A stretch of 64,000 bases of DNA. Origin: Dictyostelium discoideum (taxonomy: Eukaryota). The notes beneath the pieces were generated by a model. That model had not been told where the DNA came from. It made no database searches and saw only the letters and a program-made list of their open reading frames with translations. The stretch covers positions 2,496,001 through 2,560,000 of the forward strand of contig CM000153.2 of assembly GCA_000004695.1 (NCBI GenBank), read 5' to 3'. Position numbers and translations under genes: made by a program. Position 1 is the first letter of the stretch. Each line of letters opens with the position of its first letter. Below, in pieces: positions 1-10,039 of this stretch.

Positions 1-1197
1 AAGAGTGTAATGCTGGTAGATAATAAATGGATCACCAAATTGTTGTATAGTTTTCAAGATGCAAATTATCTCTACTTGGCTATGGAGTATCATTGTGGTG
101 GCGATTTTAGAGCATTGTTAAATAATTTAGGTACACTCTCTGAGGATGAGGCCAGATTCTACATGATTGAAATGATAGAGGCAATCTCTTCACTTCACGA
201 GATGGGTATAGTTCATAGGGATTGCAAGCCTTCCAATTTCGTATTGGACAAGTTGGGTCATATCAAGTTAATCGATTTCGGTCTATCCAAGGAAGGTATT
301 GAAAAGAGAAATGGTTGGAATAAGGCTACGATGAATGAATTGAGAAAGAGTTGTCTAAGTGCCTCTTTCACTTCGAATACAATGAAAGCAGCCTCTGCCT
401 ATCTATCAGGTGGCACCAATGTTATGGCATATCGTCGTCCAATTGCACATTCTGCTGTTGGCTCACCGGAATATATGTCACCCGAGATTGTCAATGATCA
501 AGGCTACGATATGACTTGTGACTATTGGTCGTTGGGTTGTGTTTTCGTCGAGATGCTTTGTGGCTTCAATCCATTCTGTGCAGATACACCAAATGACGTT
601 TTCATCAATATTCTACGTTGGAAGGAAACTTTGGATTGGCCATTATTCACTCAAGAACTTTCGGTGGAGGCAGCTGATCTACTAAAGAATATGTTGATGG
701 AGCAACCCCATCGTTTAGGTGGTAAAGGGAAACAAGACTTTAAGAACCATCCTTTCTTTAAAAATCATAATTGGGATGAAATCGTAAATGGTCAAGTGAA
801 ACCACCATTCGTACCAAAGGTTGAGAGTGATATAGATACCTCTTACTTTGAAGATGCCGTTAATAATGATTCCTCAACTTGGGATATCGATGATAACGAT
901 TGTGGGGGTTATGGTAGTGGTGGTTATGGTGGTGGTGGTCCTCAAGCTAGAGATCCTTTCAATAATTTAAAAATACCCTTTTTCACCTATAGAAAATCTT
1001 CCGCCCTTAGTTTAAGTATGAGTTCAGAAATTGCTCAAAGTTTAAATTATAACAATGGTAATACTTATTCAAACTATACTAGTAATAATAATAATAATAA
1101 TCTTCATAATAATCAAATTCACGAAAGTGATGATGAAAATTATGATATCAATAATATAAATAATAATAATAATAATAATAATAATTTCATTAACTAA
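1..1197 (+). CDS. Ser/Thr protein kinase, NDR/LATS-like AGC family, C-terminal portion (5' end of CDS lies upstream of window)
   Basis: Frame of ORF 10..1197 stays open back to base 1, so the CDS enters from upstream. The N-terminal subdomains (GxGxxG, VAIK) are absent. Visible: LYLAMEY, HRDCKPSNF (catalytic loop), DFGLS, a 45-aa insert before SPEYMSPE (NDR/LATS hallmark), DYWSLGCV, and the AGC C-terminal hydrophobic motif FFTYRKS. It ends in a poly-N tail; stop TAA 1195-1197. Confidence 0.75.
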   Translation, partial: KSVMLVDNKWITKLLYSFQDANYLYLAMEYHCGGDFRALLNNLGTLSEDEARFYMIEMIEAISSLHEMGIVHRDCKPSNFVLDKLGHIKLIDFGLSKEGIEKRNGWNKATMNELRKSCLSASFTSNTMKAASAYLSGGTNVMAYRRPIAHSAVGSPEYMSPEIVNDQGYDMTCDYWSLGCVFVEMLCGFNPFCADTPNDVFINILRWKETLDWPLFTQELSVEAADLLKNMLMEQPHRLGGKGKQDFKNHPFFKNHNWDEIVNGQVKPPFVPKVESDIDTSYFEDAVNNDSSTWDIDDNDCGGYGSGGYGGGGPQARDPFNNLKIPFFTYRKSSALSLSMSSEIAQSLNYNNGNTYSNYTSNNNNNNLHNNQIHESDDENYDINNINNNNNNNNNFIN

Positions 1198-1270
1198 AAT
1201 TTTAACACAAAACTCATTCGTCTCAAAATAACTTTTTCACATACACATCCCATATAAAATCATAAATATT

Positions 1271-1330
1271 CATTCATTCATTCATTCATTCATTCATTCA
1301 TTCATTCATTCATTCATTCATTCATTCATT
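1271..1330. repeat. (CATT)15 tetranucleotide microsatellite in 3' flank of kinase gene
   Basis: Uninterrupted cattcatt... run seen directly in the sequence. Confidence 0.95.
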
Positions 1331-1419
1331 TTACATACACTCTCATATAATTTATAATCACAAATAATTCATCATCCAAAATTATTATTTTTTTTTTTTT
1401 TTTTTTTTTTCAAACTGTA

Positions 1420-2100
1420 TTGTTATTGTGTTGCTTCTATTTTTTTTTAAAAAAAAAATTGAAAAAAAAAAAAATATATATATATAAAATAATTAATTTA
1501 TATTGTTTTCAAATAGAAAATGGTAATAGTGGATATAATCATTTTCACTTTGATTCAATAGAACAACAAAATCAATATCAACTTTCATTGTTATCACCAA
1601 ATTCATCCGATAAATCGATAGGCATGATTCAATATATTAAAAAGTTTAGATATCAACAATTACAACAACAATTACAACAACACTTTCAACAACAAAATCA
1701 TTTACAACAATTAAAATCAAATCATAGAAAATCACCAACTAGACAATTAATTTCTTCACTTTTATATAAAGGTGATGATAAAACTTCAATTTTACAAAAT
1801 TATTCCTCACAATCACAACCATCTCTAGCTAATCAATTACAATCATCATCATCATCACCATCGCCTTCTTTACAGTCACAATCACAATCACCCTCTTTAC
1901 AATCATCTTCAAAATCAACTCCAAATCTATCCTCTTCTTTATTAGAAAATCCTGTAAAAGAAGAATTAGAATATAAAAACCAAACTGAAAATGAAGTTGA
2001 AATTAAAAAAGAAAACGAAAGTGAGGAAATTCAATCATTAAGAGATCAATTAAAAGAAATTATAATTTATGAAGATTATGACCAAGAATATAGTATATAG
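1420..2100 (+). CDS. hypothetical low-complexity Gln/Ser-rich protein (may be only part of a gene)
   Basis: 226-codon ORF with typical Dictyostelium codon usage (caa, tca, aat); QQLQQQLQQ and SPSPSLQSQSQSPSLQ tracts; no recognisable domain. Start is uncertain because the N-terminus is poly-K from an A-run. Confidence 0.3.
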   Translation: MLLCCFYFFLKKKLKKKKIYIYKIINLYCFQIENGNSGYNHFHFDSIEQQNQYQLSLLSPNSSDKSIGMIQYIKKFRYQQLQQQLQQHFQQQNHLQQLKSNHRKSPTRQLISSLLYKGDDKTSILQNYSSQSQPSLANQLQSSSSSPSPSLQSQSQSPSLQSSSKSTPNLSSSLLENPVKEELEYKNQTENEVEIKKENESEEIQSLRDQLKEIIIYEDYDQEYSI

Positions 2101-2303
2101 TAAAAAAAAAAAAAAAAAAAAAAAAATTAAGAGAATTAAACTTTTTGTAAATGATTAATTTCAAAACAAAAAAGAATTTTTTCCATCACTTTCCAAAAAT
2201 ACCAAAAATTATTGTGTACTTTAACACAGTAAATGACAAATAAATAAAAAATTATATTTCTCTATTGTAATATAAAATTTGTATTACTATTTATATAAAA
2301 TTT

Positions 2304-2335
<32 letters not shown>

Positions 2336-2542
2336 CCAAACAAATTTGAAATAAACATAAATAATAAAATTGACCCCATATATTTTTATAATTTTTAATT
2401 TTTTTTTTTCCATTTTATTTTTAGTTTGATTTTAGTTGTAATTTATATTTAATACTGTTACTTTTTAATATTAAACCATTTTTTTTTTTTTTTTTTTTTG
2501 TACTATTATTATTTATTTATTTATTTATTAATCATATATTCT

Positions 2543-3047
2543 TTAAAGGAATTTTGGAGCAACAAGTTTATCGAAACACTCGTTGAATGCTTTATTCTCT
2601 TCTTCGCAAGGAATTGTTCTCATATTATTTTCTTCTATACATTTAACTGATTCGTTTAATTCTTTTTGACAATTTTTGACAATTTCTCTCATTCTGTAAA
2701 TAATTGAAAAGATATTTAGTATATTAAAGAAAACACACACACACCAAATAAATTTATTTTTAAAACACACCACACATCACACTGCCATCCAAAACCACCA
2801 GCAACAAAACACACACACATACACATATGAATTTTACTTTAATTGTGATAAAGTAAGTGAATGATTGAATATATTATAATTACACTTTTTGTGAACATCC
2901 AACAACTGCAGTTGATTCTCTTAAACAAAGTTCTGGATCACTACCTTTTTCCATTCTACATTTTTCATAGGCTTCAAAAACTTCACCACAAACAGCCCAA
3001 ACGCCATCTCTTTGTGCTACTAATTCTGCTCTTGTGAATGATTCCAT
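2543..3047 (-). CDS. twin CHCH-domain protein (four Cx9C motifs; CHCHD5/Mic14- or NDUFA8-like small mitochondrial IMS protein), 2 exons
   Basis: Proposed join(3047..2884,2693..2543) on minus strand. Exon 1 reads MESFTRAELVAQRDGVWAVCGEVFEAYEKCRMEKGSDPELCLRESTAVVGCSQK and ends at donor GTAATT. Acceptor is ttttacag. Exon 2 reads (V)MREIVKNCQKELNESVKCIEENNMRTIPCEEENKAFNECFDKLVAPKFL. Four Cx9C spacings: C-GEVFEAYEK-C, C-LRESTAVVG-C, C-QKELNESVK-C, C-EEENKAFNE-C. About 104 aa. The intron is CA/GT-rich. Confidence 0.55.
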
Positions 3048-3781
3048 TGTTTAATTGAATATATGAAATAATTTTATGCGTAAATAAAAAAAATAAAAAA
3101 ATGCTTGAAGAAAAAAAAATAAAAATTTTATTTTTATTTTTTTTTTTTTTTTTCAAAAAATAAAAAAAAATTAAAAAAAAATAAAAAAAGAAATATTAAT
3201 CAAATTTAACTTTTTTTTTTTTTTTTGAAAATTAGAAAACTAAAAAAAGAAATAATCATCAAATATCACTTTTTTTTTTTTTAAAAATTTTTTTTTCACC
3301 ATAAACATTTGAATTACTTTTTGAGGTTGTTTTGTTTTTTTTTATTTTTTTTTTTTTTTTTTTTGGAATATTAAATAAAAATAGTGTAAAAAAAATAAAA
3401 AAAAAAAACAATATTCTTTTTTTAAAACTATCTTTTTCAGTCATTTTTTTTTTTATTATCTATAAAAAATAAAGATACAATGAGCTTAAATACCACTTTA
3501 TTTTTAACAAAATTCTAAATAAAATTAAAAAATAAAAAAATCTATATAAGTATTATTAACCATAAATAGTAAAAACAAATTTATTTTTTTTTTATTTTTT
3601 TTTATTTAATTAAACAAAAATTTTAAAAATATTTTTATTTTTTTTTTTTTTTATTATTTTTATTTTTTTTTTAATTAAAAAACTTTTTTTTTTTTTTTTT
3701 ATAAAATGTCCGACTTCATTAAAATTCCAACTTTAATTTTTTATCAGAATAATTTTAAAAGCAAAAAACAATACATTTAAA

Positions 3782-4479
3782 ATGAAATTTAAAAGAGATG
3801 AAAATCAAAATAGTACCCACCATAGAGGTAATAAAAATAATACCAACAATGACGACGATGATAAAGAAGAGGAAGAAGAAATAATAAATGATACAACAAT
3901 GCCACCATTAAACAATGAAGAAAAATATTTTTTAAAAAAGATTTTTCCCTTTTTACCAAGTAGATCAAGTTCCAGTACATCGAAATTAATTTTTAGTTTA
4001 ATTTTAGATTTAGTTGGATTCTTTACACAGATTATACCAATATTTGGTTTTGCATTTTGGCCATCAATTTCAACTTATTTAATTTTTAAAGTTTATGGTT
4101 CAGGTTTACATTTATGTGTTTCATTTTTAGAAGAAACTGTAACTATTTAATTTAATTTTTAGAAAATAATAAAAAAAATAATAAAAATAAAATAAAAATT
4201 ATTAATTATATATAAAACTATTTCTTTATTATTAAGATACCAGGATTAGGTTTCATACCAACTGCAACTTGTTGTTGGGCAAATGAAAAATATAATATAA
4301 TTCCAAAAGTTGATAGGTACCTACCAACAAGATATATTAAAATGGTCAGAAATTTTATTTCAGCATTTAAAAAAATTGCAATTGCTGTTGCACTAATTGC
4401 AATTTATAAAATCATTTCATATTTTTCACCCTATTTACCATTCTTTGGTGGTAGTAAAAATCATCAAACTTCATATTAA
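3782..4479 (+). CDS. small hydrophobic (2-3 TM) protein of unknown function, 2 exons
   Basis: join(3782..4138,4237..4479). Exon 1 (MKFKRDENQNS...SFLEET) ends at donor GTAACT. A 98-nt AT-rich intron ends ...attattaag. Exon 2 (IPGLGFIPTATCCWANEKYNIIPKVDRYLPTRYIKMVRNFISAFKKIAIAVALIAIYKIISYFSPYLPFFGGSKNHQTSY*) is phase-0 compatible. Hydrophobic stretches LIFSLILDLVGFFTQIIPIFGFAFWPSISTYLIF and IAIAVALIAIYKII. Confidence 0.5.
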
Positions 4480-4892
4480 TATTAAAAATTAAAAACAATA
4501 AAATAAAAAAAAAAAAAAAAAAAACATTTGTAAATAAATCACATCTGTATTTTTCAACTTTGTGATTTTTTAAAAAAAAAAGAAAAAGAAAAGGAAATTT
4601 GGAACAACTTCATATATAATTATTGGAATCTTATAATTGTGAAACAGTTTTGGTAATAATGAAAGGTTACCATCCCTCAGCCATTACCACATTAGATTAT
4701 TGGACAAACAAGTAATTAGACTATAGTAGAAGAGGATAATCTGCCAAAAAAATAATAATAACAATCTATAAAATTGTAATTTATAATACAATTAAAATAT
4801 AATTAAATAAAACCAGAACACATCCCAAATGGATGAGGTTATTAAAAAAAAAAAGTAAATTTGAAAATTTTTTATTAATTTATTTTGTTTAG

Positions 4893-5669
4893 TTAATTTG
4901 GAGTACAAAAAACTTCATTAAAATTATCATCACCAGGAGTGCATGGCATTGTTACATCTTGTTGACTACATGAAGATGAAGATGAAGATGAAGAATCATC
5001 ACCATCTTTGCATATTAAAACACTTGCATTACCGTTTGAGCATTGAATTGTTACGCTGTTTGGATCATTTGAATCATTTGATGAGAATTTTAAACCAGAA
5101 GTTGAATAAGTCATATAATATAAAGATGATGAACTATCACTACCACTATCATTAGCACTATTACCACTATTATCACTATTACCACTACTACTACCACAAC
5201 CATTATAACCACCATTATCAAATTGTGAATAAACTTGAGTATTTGCAATGTATAATGGTGAATTTGTAATTGTTACCAATGAATATTGATTTGATAATTG
5301 ATATGAATTAATTGAACCATTGAATGTAATGAAACCTGGTGTTTGAATGCATGAACCGTTCTTGTATGAATTTGCATTGACAAAGTTACCTGAACAACTG
5401 TTATTATTATAATTGTCAAATTGAGCTACACCAACTCTTAGTGCATCAACTATCACTAAAAAACTACTCTCTTTTTGTACTAATCCATTATGTGCTATAT
5501 TATAAAAACAATTTTCTGGTTGGAAACTAAATCCAAGTCCACTAACTTCACTTGAACAACTACTATCAACACCATATGGAATAAAATTTGCATAAATATT
5601 TTTTGGTAATTGACATTTTACAAATGTACAAATTAATAAAATATTTAAAATTATAAATAATAATTTCAT
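4893..5669 (-). CDS. secreted Cys/Ser/Asn-rich protein (signal peptide, no C-terminal anchor)
   Basis: 258-aa ORF. N-terminal signal peptide MKLLFIILNILLICTFVKCQ, about 14 Cys, long S/N/G/D tracts, ends CTPGDDNFNEVFCTPN. No introns needed. Confidence 0.55.
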   Translation of the reverse strand: MKLLFIILNILLICTFVKCQLPKNIYANFIPYGVDSSCSSEVSGLGFSFQPENCFYNIAHNGLVQKESSFLVIVDALRVGVAQFDNYNNNSCSGNFVNANSYKNGSCIQTPGFITFNGSINSYQLSNQYSLVTITNSPLYIANTQVYSQFDNGGYNGCGSSSGNSDNSGNSANDSGSDSSSSLYYMTYSTSGLKFSSNDSNDPNSVTIQCSNGNASVLICKDGDDSSSSSSSSCSQQDVTMPCTPGDDNFNEVFCTPN

Positions 5670-5827
5670 TTTAAATTAAAAAATATTTGTATTAAATAAA
5701 AAATGAAAAAAATAAAAAAAATAAAAAAAAAAAAAAGTTAAAAAAAGATATTGTTTTGAAAAAAAAAAAAAAAAAAAAAATCTAAAATGCAAAATATCTA
5801 TAAAAAAAATCAGAACGTTCTTTCAGA

Positions 5828-5861
<34 letters not shown>

Positions 5862-5890
5862 ACAAATTTAATTTAATTATTTTTTTTTTT

Positions 5891-8732
5891 TTATAAATTA
5901 TTATTAATTTCTTTTAATTTTTTCTCTAATAAAGTTTGAGTTTTACTTAATTTCACTCTTTGTCTGGTAATAAAGAAAGCTGAAACTATTAAAGCAGCAC
6001 CACCAATACCTACACCAATACCAACACCAATTTTCCAACCATTTTCAGATTTTTTATTATCAGTATTTCCATTTTGAGAACCGTCCTGTGAGGTACAACT
6101 ATTGATTGATGGTTCACGAACTACAGCAGTTGAATAAGCAGTTAAATCTAATTCAAAACTAGCACTTTGACAATCGTATGCGTTTACTTTAGTTACCATT
6201 TTATTGAATAAACCAGAAATACCAACTGAATTTGAAGTTACACCACCATTACCACTTTGACCATTTACAATTGCAACTTTTGGAAATCTACCAAAATATT
6301 CAACATTGTAAGTATTTAAAGTAAAGAAACGAGTATCCACTGATGAACCAGTTGGATTACCAAAAATAATTGGAAGATTTTGACATTCTTTTGGATATTG
6401 ATCAAATTCAAATAAAAATTGAGGATTATTAACAGTTAATGAACTTCCAGAATAATAATCTACTCTATATGTTAAACTATTCAATGGGAATGAAATAAAT
6501 TGATCACTTGAACTAATTTGATTTTGTCTAATTGTAACATTTATATTCTTTTGATTGGCTCCATACCATTGATATAAAGTTGTATATTGATCGATTGGAA
6601 TTGATTTCCATTGATCAATTAAAATTTCATTTTGATTTTCAATTATTGAAACTAAATATAATTTCATTGAAGATGTGGTTTTTGCATCATCATTTAATTG
6701 TGGTGTCATTGTTATAGTTGCATTATTTTCACCAAATTCAAATTTTGATACAATGGTAGATAGTGAACAATCTGCACCAGTGAAATTACTATTACAAATA
6801 CACATTCCAACATCACCATCACAATAACCATTACTACCACAATTATTTGGACAAAATGATGGATCCATCATTGTTAATAAATTTGAAATTGCACCATATG
6901 ATAATTTATTAACAGTGACTGAAACATCCAATTGACCAGCTGGTAAAATAAATGGTGTTTTTGGGAATTTACATGTTAAAATTGTATGATTTACTGATTG
7001 AACTGGACAATCGATAGAACCCTGTACCAATACTTGTACCATTGAAGTATCATTCCAAAAATTTGAACCAAAAATGGTAACTATTGATTCAAGTTTTGTT
7101 GGAATTAATTTAGTTGATGTACTTTTAATTAATGGTGGTGAATATAAGAATGTAAAAGCTTGATTTCTATTATCTTGACCACTGACACTAACAACAAATA
7201 TACCACCATCAATACCACTTGGTAAATCACATGTTAAAGTTTGATAAGCATTTATTACTTTTACATTTGTGCATTCAATTTCTGTGCCTTTTTTATTGAT
7301 TAATCTAACATAGTTATTTGAATCAGTGGTGGTTCTAGTTGCAATCCAAAAGTTTGTACCATAAATTGTAGCGGTACCACCAATTGTTGGCACAGGTGTA
7401 ATGGAAGCAATACTTGGTGCATTATATTTAAATGAAATTGAAGATGATGGTGCAGGAGTTACATCATTTAATACATTCAATGTTAAAGTACCTTGACCAT
7501 ATATGAATGGATTACTACATGATATTAAAGTGCCAAATTGTTGAACTTGACAATTCAATGGTACAGCACCATTTACATTCTCCATTGAAATACTAATGAA
7601 AGGAATGAATGCACCTAACATTGTACCTCTGATTTGAATACTAAAATCCAATGAACTAATTGGTGTTGTAATACTTGCAATTGTTGGTGAACAAGTTCCC
7701 ATTGGTCCAAATTTAGCCTGATCATATAAAATTCTAAAACTTGTTGATGTACTTAAGAAAACTGATTTTGGTAAACAATAAAATGATGATGGTAATTCAC
7801 CACCAGCAGCACCTCCGATATTAGTTGAAGTTATATCTAAAAAGTTTAAACCACCAGCTAAAATATCATTTGGCAATGCACCTGTGAATGCTGTATTTGA
7901 AATGAAAAGTTGAGTCAATTTAGAACGTGATCCAAATTCTGATGTAAATGAACCAATTAAATTTGGATTATTTTGTGAATACCAAATTCTTAAATTTGGT
8001 AAATAGAAAAACTCTGGATCTATAGTACCAATAATAGCTAAATTATTAAGTGTAACAGTTTGTAATGAATCCCAACTAACCTCTCCAATTCTTGGCATTG
8101 TCTTATTGGCTCCAAAATTTAATAAAAATAATTGAAGTGTTGTTAATGTTGATGGTAATTTATAAAATACACTAAAACTAATTGAATAACCATTACAATA
8201 TAATAAAAATGTTTGTAAACTTGTTGAATTTTTAAATAATGTTGATTGAAGTGATACTGAACTAATTGGTGCAACTTGTAATTGTAAATAACTTTTTTTT
8301 TTTAAAATAAAAAAAATAAAAAAAATTAGAAATATGAAATAAAAAATATATATATACCACTACTACTACTATTACTTACAATGTTAATAAATTTGGGGTA
8401 AAGATTTCAAATGGAAATCTTGCTTGTGTAGCTGCTGTATCATCGGAATGGTAATAACTATTTAGAATTAAAAAAAAAAAAAAAAAAAAAAAAAATATAT
8501 ATTAATAGATAAAATAAAAAATTAAAATAATAATTAAATAAATATAAAATTTACTTACAAATTTTGAAGAGAAGTTGGTAATAAAGGCATTGTTCCCACA
8601 ACTGGTTGAATATGTAAATATTTTAAAGATACCATTTTGGTCCAATCATTTAGTCCATTATCAGTGGTAATTTTAAAATTGTATGTTGAAATTGATTGAC
8701 TAGAAAAAAAGAAATTATTAGTAACAACGTTT

Positions 8733-8767
<35 letters not shown>

Positions 8768-9211
8768 CTCTTTAAATAATCTTACAATTGTTCTAAAACT
8801 GGATGTTGATAAATTGTAATAGGTACATTTTTAACATCAACATTATGTAAGTATAAAATTTTCAAAGCTGGAAATGCATCAAATACATTATTTAAACCAC
8901 AATCTGATACTGCATCAATATCACTTTTTATTTTTATTTTTATTTTTATTTTTATTTTTATTTTTATTTTTAATTTCATATGAAAAAAAGTTAGTATTTA
9001 TATTTTATTTTGATTATTATGTATAAAAAAATATTTACATTCTATTAATATCACCATTTTCGTCACATTTAATACTGTTTGCTAAAAAGATTGATGTGGA
9101 AGTTGCACCACATTCTAATGATGTCCATTGAAATCCACACTGACTTGAAATAGTATTCAAAGCATTAACTAATAATAATTATTTTTTTTTTTTTTTTTTT
9201 TTTGGCGTTAG

Positions 9212-9263
<52 letters not shown>

Positions 9264-9360
9264 TCTTACTTTGTTGGGTTGTAAATGTGGATGAAGCAAT
9301 TGATATAAAAAGTACCAATAATACATTTATCTTTAAAATAAAAGATGAGAGCTTTCTCAT
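5891..9360 (-). CDS. type-I membrane receptor-like protein: signal peptide, LRR N-cap, plant-type LRRs, IPT/TIG repeats, EGF-like module, TM, short basic tail (about 990 aa, 6 exons)
   Basis: Proposed join(9360..9270,9168..9039,8923..8786,8699..8559,8457..8380,8291..5891). Exon 1 is MRKLSSFILKINVLLVLFISIASSTFTTQQ, ending at donor GTAAGA. Exon 2 is the cysteine cap NALNTISSQCGFQWTSLECGATSTSIFLANSIKCDENGDINR. Exons 3-5 are LRR-like (DIDAVSDCGLNNVFDAFPALKILYLHNVDVKNVPITIYQHPVLEQ / QSISTYNFKITTDNGLNDWTKMVSLKYLHIQPVVGTMPLLPTSLQN / YYHSDDTAATQARFPFEIFTPNLLT), each flanked by GTAAGT/GTAAGA donors and (a/t)ag acceptors, with consistent phases. The large last exon continues with LRRs (LxxLxLxxNxLxGxIP-like: LRIWYSQNNPNLIGSFTSEFGSRSKLTQLFISNTAFTGALP). 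IPT/TIG repeats follow (PSIASITPVPTIGGTATIYGTNFW..., PTKLESIVTIFGSNFW...), then EGF (CPNNCGSNGYCDGDVGMCICNSNFTGADC), then TM IGVGIGVGIGGAALIVSAFFI, then RQRVKLSK...; stop at 5891. Confidence 0.7.
8925..8990. repeat. (TTTTTA)n hexanucleotide microsatellite inside intron 2 of the receptor gene
   Basis: Eight tandem tttttattttta... units. It generates the spurious (KI)n N-terminus of ORF 8782..8979. Confidence 0.9.
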
Positions 9361-10039
9361 TTTATTTATTTTTATTTTTATTTTTATTTATTTTATTTGT
9401 ATTTATTTTTTTATTTTTTTTTTTTTTATTTGGTTGTTAATGGATCAAAAAAAAATAAAAATAAAAAAATAAAAATAAAAATATAAAATAAAATTTCGAC
9501 ACCAAAAAAAATCTGCAAAACATTTTAAAAAAAAAAAGAAAAAAAAAAAGATATTTATAATTTCCAAATTAGTAACCATTGAAAAAAAAAATCTTTTTAT
9601 TATTTTTATAATACCTGGTTTTTTAAAAAATATGTGAAGGTTATATTGCCGAAAAAAATCTTTTTTTTTTTTTTGCTAAATTTTATTTTTGGTGGTTGAT
9701 TACTTTTTTTTTTTTTATTATTATAATGGTTTTCATCATGTGATTGCGCAATATTAAATCAACAAAAATGAATAAAAAAAAAAAATTAAAAAAATAAATT
9801 CTCGAAAATTAATACTTTTTTTTTTTTCTCTTTTACTCATCCTTTCACCAAAGAAAGATTGATGATTTTTGAAAAAAAAAAAAAAATAAATGAAATAAAA
9901 TAAAATAATTGAGACATTTATTTTTTTTTTTTTAGATTTTTTAAACCAGTTTTGTTCTATTTTATTCTTTTTTTTATTTTTGGTTTTGGTGTTGCCTTAT
10001 TTTTTTATATTTATTTATTTATTTTAATTTAATTTAATT

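Noticed and set aside
3259-3444. Small ORFs made of poly-K/poly-F (also 9287..9472, 11472..11947 both strands, 13159..13509, 20866..21084, 54871..55114, 55161..55352, 51346..51672)
   Set aside because: They are translations of A/T homopolymer and AT-microsatellite tracts in intergenic DNA. They have no codon structure, no complexity and no splice context.
4640-4745. GC-richer island (ggttaccatccctcagccattaccacattagattattggacaaacaagtaattagactatagtagaagaggataatctgcc) between two convergent genes, checked as a possible tRNA or ncRNA
   Set aside because: There is no tRNA cloverleaf, no T-loop GTTCGA/GGTTCGAAT-type box, and no A/B-box spacing. This is more likely 3'-UTR sequence of the convergent genes. 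No tRNA-like blocks were seen anywhere in the window.
8782-8979. ORF with (KI)n N-terminus called as a separate 65-aa protein
   Set aside because: Only the 3' part (8923..8786) is a genuine LRR exon of the receptor gene; the M(KI)n start is read-through of the intronic microsatellite.
8925-8990. Regularly spaced repeat that could superficially resemble a CRISPR-like array
   Set aside because: It is a simple (TTTTTA)n hexanucleotide microsatellite inside an intron of a eukaryotic gene. There are no spacers, and the genome is eukaryotic.
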